Notes: generated by a model from the sequence alone, not told the origin. A stretch of DNA of 64,000 bases from Patescibacteria group bacterium (GCA_039934415.1 JBDTME010000003.1:11821-75820); one strand, 5' to 3'. Positions 27,226 to 37,759 are shown, numbered from the stretch's first letter. A program made the numbers and translations.

Positions 27226-29802
27226 ATGTCTACTCAAATCTACGATCACAAAACAATTGAAGAAAAATGGATGAAGTCTTGGGAGGAGCAGCAGTTGTTC
27301 CAGGATGAGGTTCATAAGAACCCGCAGCAGTCTGGCTCCTCAGGCTCCGCCAGAAGTGCGCGGGATGACTCAGCTGATTTGAAAACTGTATCAGCTGAGT
27401 CAAAGCCGACAAAAGAGAAGATGTATCTCTTGTTTGCGTTTGCTTATCCATCTGGAGCAGGCCTTCACGTTGGCCATGTCGAGTCGAAAACCGCCCTTGA
27501 TATTTTGGCTCGGTATCATCGCATGAATGGCAAACAAGTGTTCTTTCCAGTTGGTTGGGATGCATTTGGCTTGCCAGCCGAGAACTACGCTGTGAAGACT
27601 GGTGTCCATCCTGCTATCACGACCAAGAATGCCATTGATACGTTTCGCGGTCAGATAAAACGGATCGGTATTTCCTACGACTGGGCAAATGAGCTCGCCA
27701 CGAATCATCCTGAGTATTACAAATGGACGCAATGGATTTTCTTACAACTCCACAAAAAAGGTCTAGCTTACCGAGGAGATGGCATGGTCAACTGGTGTCC
27801 ATCGTGCCAAACCGTCCTGGCCAACGAGCAAGTCGTCAACGGTCACTGTGAACGTTGTGGGTCAGAAGTGATTCAGAAGCAGATGGAGCAGTGGTTCTTC
27901 AAGATTACTGAGTACAAAGATGAGTTGATTTCCGGACTCGATGAGGTTGACTGGCCGCATGCAACCAAGTTGCAACAACTCAACTGGATTGGCAAATCAA
28001 AAGGATTAGCCATCGATTTTATGATGCAAGGATCTGAGACCAAGTTAACAGTCTGGACGAAGTTTTGGGAAACAGTGTTTGGAACGACCTTTGTAGTAAT
28101 TGCTCCAGAGCAATTTCGCGACATGAATCTGATGGATCAAGTTGCAGAATCTCATAGACACACTGTCCAAACCTATATCGATCAGTCTTTCAAAAAAACA
28201 GAAGAAGAACGCAAGATAGGTGAAAAAGAAAAGACCGGTGTCGATACTGGTTTGAAAGTGATCAACCCCGTCAACGGTTCGGCTGTTCCGTTGTACATTG
28301 CTGACTATGTGCTGATGAACGTGGGAACCGGTGTGGTGATGGGGGTGCCAGCCCACGATGATCGAGACTTTGAGTTTGCCACAAAGTTTAAACTACCTAT
28401 TATCCAAGTCGTGAGTTATGAAGACAAAACAATTGACCGAAAAGTAGCCGAGGCAGAAATGTCTTTTGAAGGTCCTGGTAAATTAATGAATTCAGGAAAT
28501 TTTGATGGTTTGGATGCTTGGCACGATGGCAAACAGAAGATGGCTGAGTGGATGATCAAACAAGGATTTGCAAACTGGCAGACTACTTATAAACTCCGTG
28601 ACTGGTTGATTTCTCGCCAACGCTATTGGGGCGCACCGATTCCCATTGTCTACGATCCAAGTGGGGCGGCGCACCCAGTCAAAGAAGAACATCTTCCCTG
28701 GTTGTTGCCAACCGATGTTGAATTCAAACCAACAGGTGAATCACCACTAACATACTCCAAGGAATTTAAAGAACGAGTAGAGAAATTGTACGGCAAAGGC
28801 TGGCGTCCAGAGTATGACACGATGGATACCTTTGTTGACTCGAGTTGGTACTTTATGCGTTATCTAGATGCTCGAGATAAAAATGAGTTTGCGACACGAG
28901 AACAACTTGAGAAGTGGTTACCAACTGATCTGTACATGATTGGTCCTGAACACATCGTATTGCACTTGTTGTACGCCCGTTTCTTTACCAAGTTCTTGCG
29001 TGATGAAGGGTACTTGAGTATTAATGAACCGTTTAAGAAAATGCGTCATCAAGGAATGATCATGGGTCCAGATGGTAAAAAAATGAGTAAGAGCAAGGGC
29101 AACGTCATCAATCCAGATGAGGTAATCGAGAAGTACGGAGCCGATACTTTGCGCGTCTATGAGATGTTCATGGGTCCAATCGAAGCCGACAAACCGTGGA
29201 GCACGTCTTCAGTAGTAGGCATTTACCGATTCTTAATGAGAATTCATCAGCTCGTTACGACCAACATCGAGGCTTTGCAGAGTGGAGTGGCAACTTCACC
29301 AGCACCCGAGCTGATGAGGAAACTACATCTGACGATGAAGAAAATTAACGATGATATACCAGCTTTGAAATTTAACACCGCCATCGCAGCCATGATGGAG
29401 TTATTAAATGTGTGGGAACAAGCCGGGAAACACCAGAACACAGTTGCTCCGACACTAGATGTTGACTCATTGACGAGCTTCATCCAGGTATTGAGTCCAT
29501 TTGCACCTTTCCTGGCTGAAGAGCTGTATCAACAAGTCAAGAGTGGTCAACAATCGGTCCACTTATCCCAGTGGCCATCTTTTGACGAAAAAATGTTGGT
29601 AGCTGATCAGCTAGTAGTGGTCATTCAAGTCAATGGAAAACTCAGAGCAGAGGTGACCATCCCATTAAGTGATAAAGATGAGAAGCAAAAGGTCATCGAA
29701 CTCGCCAAATCTCAGGATAAAGTTAAACCTTGGCTTCAAGACAAAACAATCGTCAAAGAAATCTACATTCCAGGGAAGCTCGTGAATCTAGCAGTGAGTT
29801 GA
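27226..29802 (+). CDS. leuS: Leucyl-tRNA synthetase
   Basis: Class I HIGH motif (PSGAGLHVGHV), KMSKSKGN motif, LeuRS-specific editing/CP1 and C-terminal blocks, 858 aa. A low-complexity insertion of about 30 aa (NPQQSGSSGSARSARDDSADLKTVSAESKPT) precedes the HIGH region. Confidence 0.95.
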   Translation: MSTQIYDHKTIEEKWMKSWEEQQLFQDEVHKNPQQSGSSGSARSARDDSADLKTVSAESKPTKEKMYLLFAFAYPSGAGLHVGHVESKTALDILARYHRMNGKQVFFPVGWDAFGLPAENYAVKTGVHPAITTKNAIDTFRGQIKRIGISYDWANELATNHPEYYKWTQWIFLQLHKKGLAYRGDGMVNWCPSCQTVLANEQVVNGHCERCGSEVIQKQMEQWFFKITEYKDELISGLDEVDWPHATKLQQLNWIGKSKGLAIDFMMQGSETKLTVWTKFWETVFGTTFVVIAPEQFRDMNLMDQVAESHRHTVQTYIDQSFKKTEEERKIGEKEKTGVDTGLKVINPVNGSAVPLYIADYVLMNVGTGVVMGVPAHDDRDFEFATKFKLPIIQVVSYEDKTIDRKVAEAEMSFEGPGKLMNSGNFDGLDAWHDGKQKMAEWMIKQGFANWQTTYKLRDWLISRQRYWGAPIPIVYDPSGAAHPVKEEHLPWLLPTDVEFKPTGESPLTYSKEFKERVEKLYGKGWRPEYDTMDTFVDSSWYFMRYLDARDKNEFATREQLEKWLPTDLYMIGPEHIVLHLLYARFFTKFLRDEGYLSINEPFKKMRHQGMIMGPDGKKMSKSKGNVINPDEVIEKYGADTLRVYEMFMGPIEADKPWSTSSVVGIYRFLMRIHQLVTTNIEALQSGVATSPAPELMRKLHLTMKKINDDIPALKFNTAIAAMMELLNVWEQAGKHQNTVAPTLDVDSLTSFIQVLSPFAPFLAEELYQQVKSGQQSVHLSQWPSFDEKMLVADQLVVVIQVNGKLRAEVTIPLSDKDEKQKVIELAKSQDKVKPWLQDKTIVKEIYIPGKLVNLAVS

Positions 29803-29869
29803 GAAAAGAACACAAAATTGCAGACCCGCTTGTCATCTTCTTGTAAGAATCTCTCGTTACACTTCTGGC

Positions 29870-30529
29870 ATGTCACTACCAGAAGCCATTCAACCATATC
29901 TCGAGACGCTCTGCAAATACCAGAGTAAACTGTACCCCGTCGTAGCGGCAGCCCTGTTTTTGATGGGTACGGTTCTGATCTTGATGGGAATCTTCTTTTC
30001 CAGGCAAGCTCCAGTTCAAGCAAAAGTAGAACCGAGTGTTCATTCAAACTTTGAAAAAACAACCTCCCCTCAAGAACAACCAAGTGACAAAATCATGGTT
30101 GATATCTCTGGTGCAGTAGCCAAGCCAGGCCTGTACACGTTTAATAAAGGTGACCGACTATCTGCCGCACTCCAGGCAGCCGGTGGTTTTGATTCTAAAG
30201 TAAACAAAGAATTTGCTGCACACGCTTTCAACTTGTCGCAAAAACTGATCGATGAACAGAAGATTTATATTCCTTTCTTTAACGAAAAAGAGGATATCTC
30301 AATCATTGCTTCAAGAAATTCCACCAACACTACTACACATGCCGCTCAACCGCTAATTAATGTCAACACTGCTTCGCAGGCTGAACTTGAGACCTTGACC
30401 GGCATTGGCGCTGTTCGGGCTCAAAAAATAATTTCTGGTCGACAGTTCAAAACGCTCCAAGAACTCGTCAAAAAGGGGAGCATGACTCAGAAGATCTTTA
30501 ATGATAACAAAGATAAAATCACGCTTTAA
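29870..30529 (+). CDS. comEA: Competence protein ComEA (TM anchor, SLBB domain, tandem helix-hairpin-helix DNA-binding domain)
   Basis: N-terminal TM helix; SLBB-like KIMVDISGAVAKPGLYTFNKGDRLSAALQAAGG; C-terminal HhH INVNTASQAELETLTGIGAVRAQKIISGRQ. Confidence 0.85.
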   Translation: MSLPEAIQPYLETLCKYQSKLYPVVAAALFLMGTVLILMGIFFSRQAPVQAKVEPSVHSNFEKTTSPQEQPSDKIMVDISGAVAKPGLYTFNKGDRLSAALQAAGGFDSKVNKEFAAHAFNLSQKLIDEQKIYIPFFNEKEDISIIASRNSTNTTTHAAQPLINVNTASQAELETLTGIGAVRAQKIISGRQFKTLQELVKKGSMTQKIFNDNKDKITL

Positions 30530-30597
30530 ATTGAATCCTATATAAATAAACTATTAACAATGATGTTTCGCATCTAAAAACGAGTAAATATTTTTTC

Positions 30598-32061
30598 ATG
30601 GTCTATTCACGAAGGCGTTTTTATTTCCGCAAATATGCATTTTTATACTCTTTGATACTTTTAACAATGATAATATTGTTGCAAATATATCAATATAGCT
30701 GGAAATGCTCTAAATCAATAAATACGCTGAATTCGGGTGTAAAAAACGCAGTGGTGAGTATCCCAATAACAGTAAAGATGCTGTTTGATTGGAGTGTTGA
30801 GAGTTGGGTTGAGAAGGGTCGTGAGGCAATCTCGGTGTTTTTGATTGATCAATCAGATAAACTTCATCTCTTCGGCTTATTTTACCGATCTCTTCTGGTT
30901 TTGTTCTCCAGATCTGCCCGCCTGGAAAAAATGCAGGAAAAAGTGCAATCTGAACAAGGCTATTATAATAGTACAAATCGAAATTTTCTTATCAGTCGCA
31001 CCTCGAGATTGATGGATCAGTTCACATGCAATATTAGACTGATCAATACGTCTAAGTTGTTCAATTCAGGCTCGAGTGGTTCGGCATTTGCATTGATTGA
31101 TGAATTTGCTGACTTTCAAGCCGACACCAATGACTATTTACACCGAGTCTTCGATGAGTACCTTACTCACGACCAATCTGCTTTAGCGAGTGGTACATTG
31201 ATCGGAGCTCAGAGTACAATCTCAACTCAATTTAAAGATGATTTGATCTCGTCAGGTCTGATTCATGTTGTGGTTGCTTCGGGGTACAACCTCACAGTAG
31301 TAATGGGTTTTGTTCAGTCTTTTGCCCAAAAAGTCTTTTCGAAAAAAATTGCCCTGCTCCTCAGTTTGGCGAGTGTGTGGTGGTATGTCTATTTAGCATT
31401 ATCGAACCCTGCCATTTTGCGAGCAGGGTGGATGGCATCGTTGTCAGTTTTGGCTTCGTTATGTGGTCGGCCGAAATCAATTTGGTTCGTCTTACTTTTC
31501 AGCATTCTTTTTTTGGTGGCTTTCAACCCAACTTTGTTAGTGAACATCTCGTTTCAGTTATCAGTCTCTTCAACCATCGGTGTCCTTGCGATCAACCAAC
31601 GAATGGATGACGACGATCGAAGTAGCGGTCGTTCAAACTTGTTCTCAAAAATAACTGATACTCTCAAAGAAAACCTACAGACGACCATTGGTGCCAATCT
31701 GACTACCTTGCCGATCATTTTGTTTTGGTTTGGCAGAGTTTCGTTGATTGCTGTCGTCGCAAATACTTTCTTGTTGTGGGTGATCCCGTACATAATGTAC
31801 GCCTCTTCAATTTTTCTAGTGGCGTCACAGCTCAACCACTGGCTGGCAGTTTTGACGGCTTTTCCGATTAAAGGGCTCAGTACTATCTTTTTAAGAGGAG
31901 TGCATTTTTTTGCTAATTTTCCTTTCGCTGCCTTTGAGGTTCAAAAGATTACTTTTTTGCAGCTAGTTTTGAGTTACATCGGTCTTTTCCTACTGTTTAC
32001 CTACTGGCCTCGCATGAAGTTGTTGATTCGTAAAATCATAATGGCTATCAAGCTGAAATAA
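30598..32061 (+). CDS. comEC: ComEC/Rec2-like DNA-uptake channel, short form (Competence domain only, no C-terminal metallo-beta-lactamase domain)
   Basis: Polytopic membrane protein with LIHVVVASGYNLTVVMGF, matching the ComEC competence-domain motif (L-x-H-L-L-[VA]-I-S-G-x-[HN]). It lies directly downstream of comEA. The 487-aa length excludes an MBL domain. Confidence 0.75.
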   Translation: MVYSRRRFYFRKYAFLYSLILLTMIILLQIYQYSWKCSKSINTLNSGVKNAVVSIPITVKMLFDWSVESWVEKGREAISVFLIDQSDKLHLFGLFYRSLLVLFSRSARLEKMQEKVQSEQGYYNSTNRNFLISRTSRLMDQFTCNIRLINTSKLFNSGSSGSAFALIDEFADFQADTNDYLHRVFDEYLTHDQSALASGTLIGAQSTISTQFKDDLISSGLIHVVVASGYNLTVVMGFVQSFAQKVFSKKIALLLSLASVWWYVYLALSNPAILRAGWMASLSVLASLCGRPKSIWFVLLFSILFLVAFNPTLLVNISFQLSVSSTIGVLAINQRMDDDDRSSGRSNLFSKITDTLKENLQTTIGANLTTLPIILFWFGRVSLIAVVANTFLLWVIPYIMYASSIFLVASQLNHWLAVLTAFPIKGLSTIFLRGVHFFANFPFAAFEVQKITFLQLVLSYIGLFLLFTYWPRMKLLIRKIIMAIKLK

Positions 32062-33187
32062 AGAAAGTTCGTATCAGCTTCGTGTTCTTGGTTCGTCTTT
32101 AATCCTAGTTTTTTAAAAAAGAGGTTGTGAGTTTTTGCTTACTACTTCCAGATGTGGATGGGTTTGAAAAAGGTGATTTTTTCATCAATAACACGAAACA
32201 AATTATACCCGTACTGGTTTTAGCTATTTTTCCTGTAATGCATCTCAAAGTTGGTGAGTATCTCGAGTGTTTTTATTTTAAAAGGAGTTTTCGCCGATAG
32301 TCTTGTGCGAAAAATCACAACCAATACTATCAGAGGTTGGTGCTCGTGTGATGGCGGATGGTGACGTGAATAATAATTCATACATCAATCTAAAACGTAT
32401 AAATATAAAAGAATAACTATCACATGGTAACCGAAACTGTGTGAACGTCGTGGCGGGGGATTGTCAGCATTTACCTGAAACTCACTCGATGAAATGAGAT
32501 CTTTTGACCACTTAATATTATTAGCTGAGTCGCGAGCTGTTTGATAAGGCAGTCAGTGTTCTCGAGTCTTCCTCAAGGAGAAATGAAAATCCGCCCATCA
32601 AAAAACCGAGCTCTTTAAATGACAAATTTCGACTTCTTTTTTACTTCCTAGTCATATCTAGCATGGTCAAAGAGTTAGTCTACTTGGCTAAAGTCGATCC
32701 ACTGCTTTTTAAATCGAAAGAACTCTTGAGAAAAAATGATCCAGACTTCCTATAGTAACCTTGAGTCGAAGAGTCTTTGCAGATCTAGCCTTGAAGTTTT
32801 TTTTGCCAGATGAACAGTGCATTTTTAAAAAAAAAGAAAATCTTTTGCAGACAATACCTCCAGGACACCGACTGCACTCCACTTGATACTGAGGCGATAG
32901 TCAAACGACGATGAAGGTCATCACTATTTCCCTTCGCGCTCATTCGACGTTGCTGTAGTGAGTAACTCAAACACACCGACCAACACGAAGGCCTAAGATA
33001 AAATTGAACACATTTTGTTTTTCAATTGAATACCAAAAAACCAGATGTAGTGACTCTTGAAAAACCAAATTGTGCGAACTTTAATTGCTGTCACTAAGGT
33101 GAAGATGAAACAAGAAGGGATTGATGTTGGCAGCTAAACTCTATAAATAGAGGGTAAAATTAATTACCGCAAAATAAGCATTAAAAT

Positions 33188-34615
33188 TTAAAGGAACAAA
33201 AAGAACAAACCTAATGCAAAAATTGAGTGACCAACGGTGAGTGTATAAAAATAATGATCCAAGCAAATGATTGGCAAAATGACCCATACATGTTTCCCCA
33301 AAACAGAAAGAGATGAAGGAAAGGTTTTACAGAGTGACCGGTACAAAAGAAATAGGATTCCAATTCCTAATAAGCCATTTTCGGTTGGAAACAGTAAAGT
33401 AATATAATGAGCAGGTTGCACAAAAGAAACCGTTTCTTTTTGATTTTGTGGGCCCTTCGCGATGGCAACTGTAAACTGATTTAACCCGACGCCAAAGACT
33501 GGCTGTTTTATGAACAGTTTGACTGCTGCTTGATTGAGAAAATCTCGGCGAAACAACGATGGAGCATTGTGATGTGTGAGTGTGTTCAGACCATGCAAGC
33601 CAAATGGTGTCAAAATGAGGATGCCCAACAGAATCAACTTCGATTTTTTTTGCCAAACGTTTATAAACTGTTTATTTAGAGTGATGTTTTTTATTTTCAA
33701 AAATTTAAACTGAGAGTCGTAACCAATCATCAGTATTCCGATGAGCAAGGTCAACAAAGCGGACAGCGATAGAGTCAGTGCAAGTGTCATTGCACCTATC
33801 CCAATACCCAAACCGATCAATACTTTTTCCAAAGGGTTCATGGATATTTTCAGCATAAAACGTAGCAAGATTAGTATGCCAATTGCCAAGAAACCCGCGA
33901 GCACATTTGGATGAGGTGTCGTGCCATACGGCAGGATTCGTAAGCCGAGATGGCTTCCGGTCACTTGATCCATCGAAGCGAAGTTGCCTTTGCTTAGACC
34001 AAGATCTCTCGTTAATTGAGGCTCACCCCACAAGAGAAAGCCGACGAGTTGCCGTTGCTGCACAAACTGGTACATGCCCAGCGTGGCTTGAAATACGATC
34101 GTAAGTGTCAGAACGCTGATGAGCATTTTTTGAAAAAAGAGTGAACGATTTTGGTGAACCCAACTCATCACCACTAAAAGTGTCGTGCCGTGAAGTAATA
34201 GTGAAGCGAGAAACCAGAATGCAGTGATGGGGAGTGGAGTGAAAAACTGATAAACGATGAAGAGCGAGCAGCAAGTAGTAAATAATAAGTTGTAAGGGAT
34301 AAGTAGTAAAGATATTTTTGAGAGTACTGCTTTCGTGAGTTGAAAATTTTTAAACTTCCTACCTAAAACCTTTTCTTGCCAAACTTGCCAAAACCACGTG
34401 CCAACGATCGCTAAGCCGACAATATCGCTGAGATAGAGTTTTGGAATCAAATAGTCTATCTGTAAACCGCTTACGAAGCCAAAATTGGGCAGTATTTTCC
34501 AAAACAGATTCGTAGGTGCGGTGAAAATCCATACACAGACGAGCAACAGTTGCGTAATACGAAATGCTGTCCCGAAGTGAGTAGTGGTGGGGAATTTTTT
34601 AAAAAAGAAACTCAT
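33188..34615 (-). CDS. Polytopic membrane protein, O-antigen ligase (Wzy_C)-like
   Basis: About 12 TM helices; FGVGLNQF (the G-x-G-x-G-F motif), then PAHYITLL and ENGLLGIGILFLL, matching the Wzy_C/WaaL order G.G.G.F ... AH.Y..L ... G..G. Confidence 0.55.
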   Translation of the reverse strand: MSFFFKKFPTTTHFGTAFRITQLLLVCVWIFTAPTNLFWKILPNFGFVSGLQIDYLIPKLYLSDIVGLAIVGTWFWQVWQEKVLGRKFKNFQLTKAVLSKISLLLIPYNLLFTTCCSLFIVYQFFTPLPITAFWFLASLLLHGTTLLVVMSWVHQNRSLFFQKMLISVLTLTIVFQATLGMYQFVQQRQLVGFLLWGEPQLTRDLGLSKGNFASMDQVTGSHLGLRILPYGTTPHPNVLAGFLAIGILILLRFMLKISMNPLEKVLIGLGIGIGAMTLALTLSLSALLTLLIGILMIGYDSQFKFLKIKNITLNKQFINVWQKKSKLILLGILILTPFGLHGLNTLTHHNAPSLFRRDFLNQAAVKLFIKQPVFGVGLNQFTVAIAKGPQNQKETVSFVQPAHYITLLFPTENGLLGIGILFLLYRSLCKTFPSSLSVLGKHVWVILPIICLDHYFYTLTVGHSIFALGLFFLFL

Positions 34616-34839
34616 ATCTCACCCTCATTCTAACTCAGCATTTTTGATCACTTTATTTATATATTATTACACTAAAATACAATAAAGAATATTTTAGTCA
34701 TTTAAAATGTTTTAAATATCATTAATATATCTATTGATATATAATAAACTGTATCATAAGTTGAAACTGACGAGAAAGATGAGTCGTGGTACAACCTAAG
34801 CTAGAACTTAACAAAAAATAATTATCTTGCTCCTTACCT

Positions 34840-36129
34840 ATGAAATACACTAAAGATATTCTCAACAATGGATTGACTGTGGTTCGAGTCCCGATGGCTG
34901 GTGTGAAGAGTTTGACCGTTTTAGCCCTGGTTAAAGTCGGCTCCAGATATGAGGATGATAAAGTAAACGGCATTTCTCACTTTTTGGAGCACATGGTTTT
35001 TAAAGGCACGGAAAAATACCCGACAGCTCAAGATGTTGCTAGTAGTGTTGATGCGATTGGGGCTGAGTTCAATGCTTTTACTAGCAAGGAATACACTGGC
35101 TACTATGTTAAGTCGGCGAGCAAAGATGTCGATATTGCACTCGACGTGGTTTCTGATATGTTACTGACACCAAAACTGAGAGAAGAAGATCTCGAGCGAG
35201 AAAAGGGCGTCATTATTGAAGAGCTTAATATGTATGAAGATTCACCAATGCGCCACATTGGTGACGTATTTGAACGAATGTTCTTTGCTGGGACCAAACT
35301 TGGTCGAGATATCATCGGTACCAAAGAAACGATTAGAGGTATTTCTCAGAAAGATTTTCAAACTCATTTAAACACTTGGTATGGTCTTCACAATATGGTT
35401 CTGATGATTGTTGGAGATGCGGATGTGGTGGCCAAACCAGCTTTGCTCAAATCTGCAGAGCAGTATTTTTCCAAAGCAGGTCAAGATCGAGCAACTAAGA
35501 CTAATCACGTTTTTACAGGTAATCCAATTTCCAACGAACGCATCAAGATCGAGTATAAGAAAACTGAACAAGCGCACTTCATTTTGGCCTTTCCTGGAAT
35601 CAAACGAACAGATAAAGATCGCTATGCATTGAATGTACTGAGCACCTTACTTGGTGGCAACATGAGCTCGAGGTTATTCACAGAAGTTAGAGAAAAAAGA
35701 GGACTGTGTTACTACGTGCATTCTGACCAGGACTATTACCAAGAAACCGGGATGTTTGGGGCGTCAGCGGGAGTTGATCCAAAACGGGTCGAAGAGGCGA
35801 TTTCCGTCACCTTCAGTGAGTTCAACGCACTAATTAATGGCACGAAGCCTGTTACAAACGAAGAACTTAAAAAAGCCAAAGATTTTTCCATTGGCCATCT
35901 GATTTTGGGAATGGAAGATAGCGAAAGCGTTGCACAAGCGTACGGACTTAGACAACTTTTAGATGGTGAAATAGTAATGCTTGATGAAACGATCAAGCGT
36001 GTGAGTGCAGTGACCTTGGAAGATGTGAATCGAGTTGCCAAAAGCCTCATCAAACCCGCTGAAGTTCGATTTACTATGATCGGCCCGTTCAAAAACTCGG
36101 CCAAGTTTGAAAAGTTGTTGAAGATTTAA
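34840..36129 (+). CDS. M16-family (insulinase/pitrilysin-like) zinc peptidase
   Basis: Inverted zinc-binding motif HFLEHMVFKGT (HxxEH) near the N-terminus. Length (429 aa) and the downstream glutamate region fit the M16B architecture. Confidence 0.9.
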   Translation: MKYTKDILNNGLTVVRVPMAGVKSLTVLALVKVGSRYEDDKVNGISHFLEHMVFKGTEKYPTAQDVASSVDAIGAEFNAFTSKEYTGYYVKSASKDVDIALDVVSDMLLTPKLREEDLEREKGVIIEELNMYEDSPMRHIGDVFERMFFAGTKLGRDIIGTKETIRGISQKDFQTHLNTWYGLHNMVLMIVGDADVVAKPALLKSAEQYFSKAGQDRATKTNHVFTGNPISNERIKIEYKKTEQAHFILAFPGIKRTDKDRYALNVLSTLLGGNMSSRLFTEVREKRGLCYYVHSDQDYYQETGMFGASAGVDPKRVEEAISVTFSEFNALINGTKPVTNEELKKAKDFSIGHLILGMEDSESVAQAYGLRQLLDGEIVMLDETIKRVSAVTLEDVNRVAKSLIKPAEVRFTMIGPFKNSAKFEKLLKI

Positions 36130-36160
36130 CAAACGTGATGAGAAGTGTATAGTATTCCTT

Positions 36161-36424
36161 ATGCCAAATAACAACACAGATCCTACAGAGTCACAGTCTG
36201 CCGAACCAGCTCGAGAGGGACAAGATCATCCTACGGAAGATCTTCGTGACAGATTGAGAGATAATGAGGGTGATGGAGATGACAAAAAAAATCCTCTACA
36301 ATCAAATGGGCTTCCCCCTCGTGATGATCAAGCTGAACCTGAGGAGAATTTTGAAGAGTATCATAATAATCAAGCAACAGCTGAACCTGCAGACAAACTT
36401 TCTGAAGAGTCAGAAACCCATTAA
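36161..36424 (+). CDS. Small acidic, low-complexity (probably disordered) hypothetical protein
   Basis: 87-aa ORF rich in D/E/P with no hydrophobic core. It sits between the peptidase gene and ndk. Coding status is uncertain. Confidence 0.35.
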   Translation: MPNNNTDPTESQSAEPAREGQDHPTEDLRDRLRDNEGDGDDKKNPLQSNGLPPRDDQAEPEENFEEYHNNQATAEPADKLSEESETH

Positions 36425-36533
36425 CAGTTAACCGTTCTAAACTTAACAACTGTCCTTCAAATTCCATTTTTTTCCCAGAAGCGTAGTATAATCACTTTTT
36501 ATTGAGAAAAATTAATAATTTATTGGGAGCTTT

Positions 36534-37001
36534 ATGCAACGCACTGCAGTTCTGGTCAAACCAGATGGATTACAACGAGGCTTAATTGGAGAAATCGTTT
36601 CTCGATTTGAGCGTAAAGGATTAAAACTTGCTGGCATCAAGATGGTCAGTATGACTGATGAGATGTTATCTGATTGGTACGCTGAGCATAAAGACAAAAG
36701 TTTCTTTGGTGATTTGAAGTCATTCATGGGCTCAATGCCAATTGTCTGTATGGCATGGGAAGGGATTGATGCTGTTCCAGTCGTTCGTAAACTGGTTGGT
36801 ACAACCTTGGGAAGAGAAGCAGAAGCAGGTTCGATTCGAGGTGACTTCGGGATGAGTCAACAGTTCAACCTTATTCACGCTTCCGCCAATGCTGGTGATG
36901 CCGAGCGCGAACTGAAAATCGTGTTCACCTCAGATGAACTTTTTGAATATGACAATCCAGTTCAGACATTGGTGTATGCAGATTTCGAGATGAAGAAGTA
37001 A
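36534..37001 (+). CDS. ndk: Nucleoside diphosphate kinase
   Basis: MQRTAVLVKPDGLQRGLIGEIVSRFERKGLKL...NLIHASANAGDAEREL matches the NDK fold with the catalytic His. 155 aa. GGAG lies upstream. Confidence 0.9.
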   Translation: MQRTAVLVKPDGLQRGLIGEIVSRFERKGLKLAGIKMVSMTDEMLSDWYAEHKDKSFFGDLKSFMGSMPIVCMAWEGIDAVPVVRKLVGTTLGREAEAGSIRGDFGMSQQFNLIHASANAGDAERELKIVFTSDELFEYDNPVQTLVYADFEMKK

Positions 37002-37024
37002 GTTTTTTTAAAGAATAAAATTGG

Positions 37025-37060
37025 AAAGGGAGACTATGGTGGTCTCCCTTTTTATTTTTT
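37025..37060 (+). terminator. Rho-independent terminator after ndk
   Basis: GGGAGAC-tatggtg-GTCTCCC hairpin followed by TTTTTATTTTTT. Confidence 0.7.
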
Positions 37061-37261
37061 AAACCGGCATCCTGAAACAGACAACAAGATGGTAAAATCA
37101 TCGTTATCTGGAAGATTCGGAGTGTAGTTCATCGGTAGAACGCTCGGTTCGGGACTGAGAGGTAGAGAGTCCAATTCTCTCCACTCCGACATGTTTTTGT
37201 TATATACTCGCTTTACACTTTGAAATGTTTTTATTGTCAAACTGGTAGAGAAGGGGTTCTT

Positions 37262-37642
37262 ATGAATCTCGAAAAACCATATATTATTTTTGTAAATGAT
37301 GGCGAGACTGGTGAAGCTACTCGGGCGTCAGTTTGCTTTCCAGCTCTCATTTTTAGTGATCCTGAGGTTCTTCAAGAATATTTGATGAATAGAACTACAT
37401 CGAAAACAGAAACCAATCAGATACATGCTTTTATCGTTGATCTCGAAAGTGCCAATTTTTCTCCCCAGGCAATGATTTTTCTTATTAAACAGTACGCCAG
37501 AGGTATCCCGATCATCAAACACTCAGGGCAGATCGAGTTTACTGAAGAAACGCTTGCTTTAGCATTGCGTGAGGCAACTTTGGCGGCCAAGATTATTCAG
37601 TTTCCAGGTCCAGATACATATCATGGGCGAAATGCTTCATAG
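37262..37642 (+). CDS. Hypothetical protein (126 aa from the MNLEKP start; the ORF extends to 37220)
   Basis: ORF with a GAAGGGG Shine-Dalgarno-like sequence ahead of the ATG at 37262. No recognisable domain. Confidence 0.45.
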   Translation: MNLEKPYIIFVNDGETGEATRASVCFPALIFSDPEVLQEYLMNRTTSKTETNQIHAFIVDLESANFSPQAMIFLIKQYARGIPIIKHSGQIEFTEETLALALREATLAAKIIQFPGPDTYHGRNAS

Positions 37643-37686
37643 CCAAAGGCACCAAAAATCCAGAACCTTGCTATAATTCCGCTATT

Positions 37687-37759
37687 GCTCCTATAGTTCA
37701 ATGGATAGAACGAGGGTTTCCTAAACCCTAAATCCAGGTTCGACTCCCGGTGGGAGCAC
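37687..37759 (+). tRNA. tRNA-Arg (anticodon CCT)
   Basis: Cloverleaf read by hand. Acceptor GCTCCTA/TGGGAGC with one G-U pair. D arm GTTC..GAAC. Anticodon stem AGGGT/ACCCT with loop TTCCTAA. T arm CCAGG-TTCGACT-CCCGG with one A-C mismatch. No encoded CCA. Confidence 0.65.

Noticed and set aside
27230-27732. Minus-strand ORFs of 110-111 aa overlapping the 5' end of leuS
   Set aside because: Antisense to the highly conserved HIGH region of leuS. Arg/Ser-rich low-complexity translations.
36161-36424. Acidic 87-aa ORF as a possible anti-sigma or chaperone-like acidic protein
   Set aside because: No motif support. Kept only as a low-confidence hypothetical CDS.
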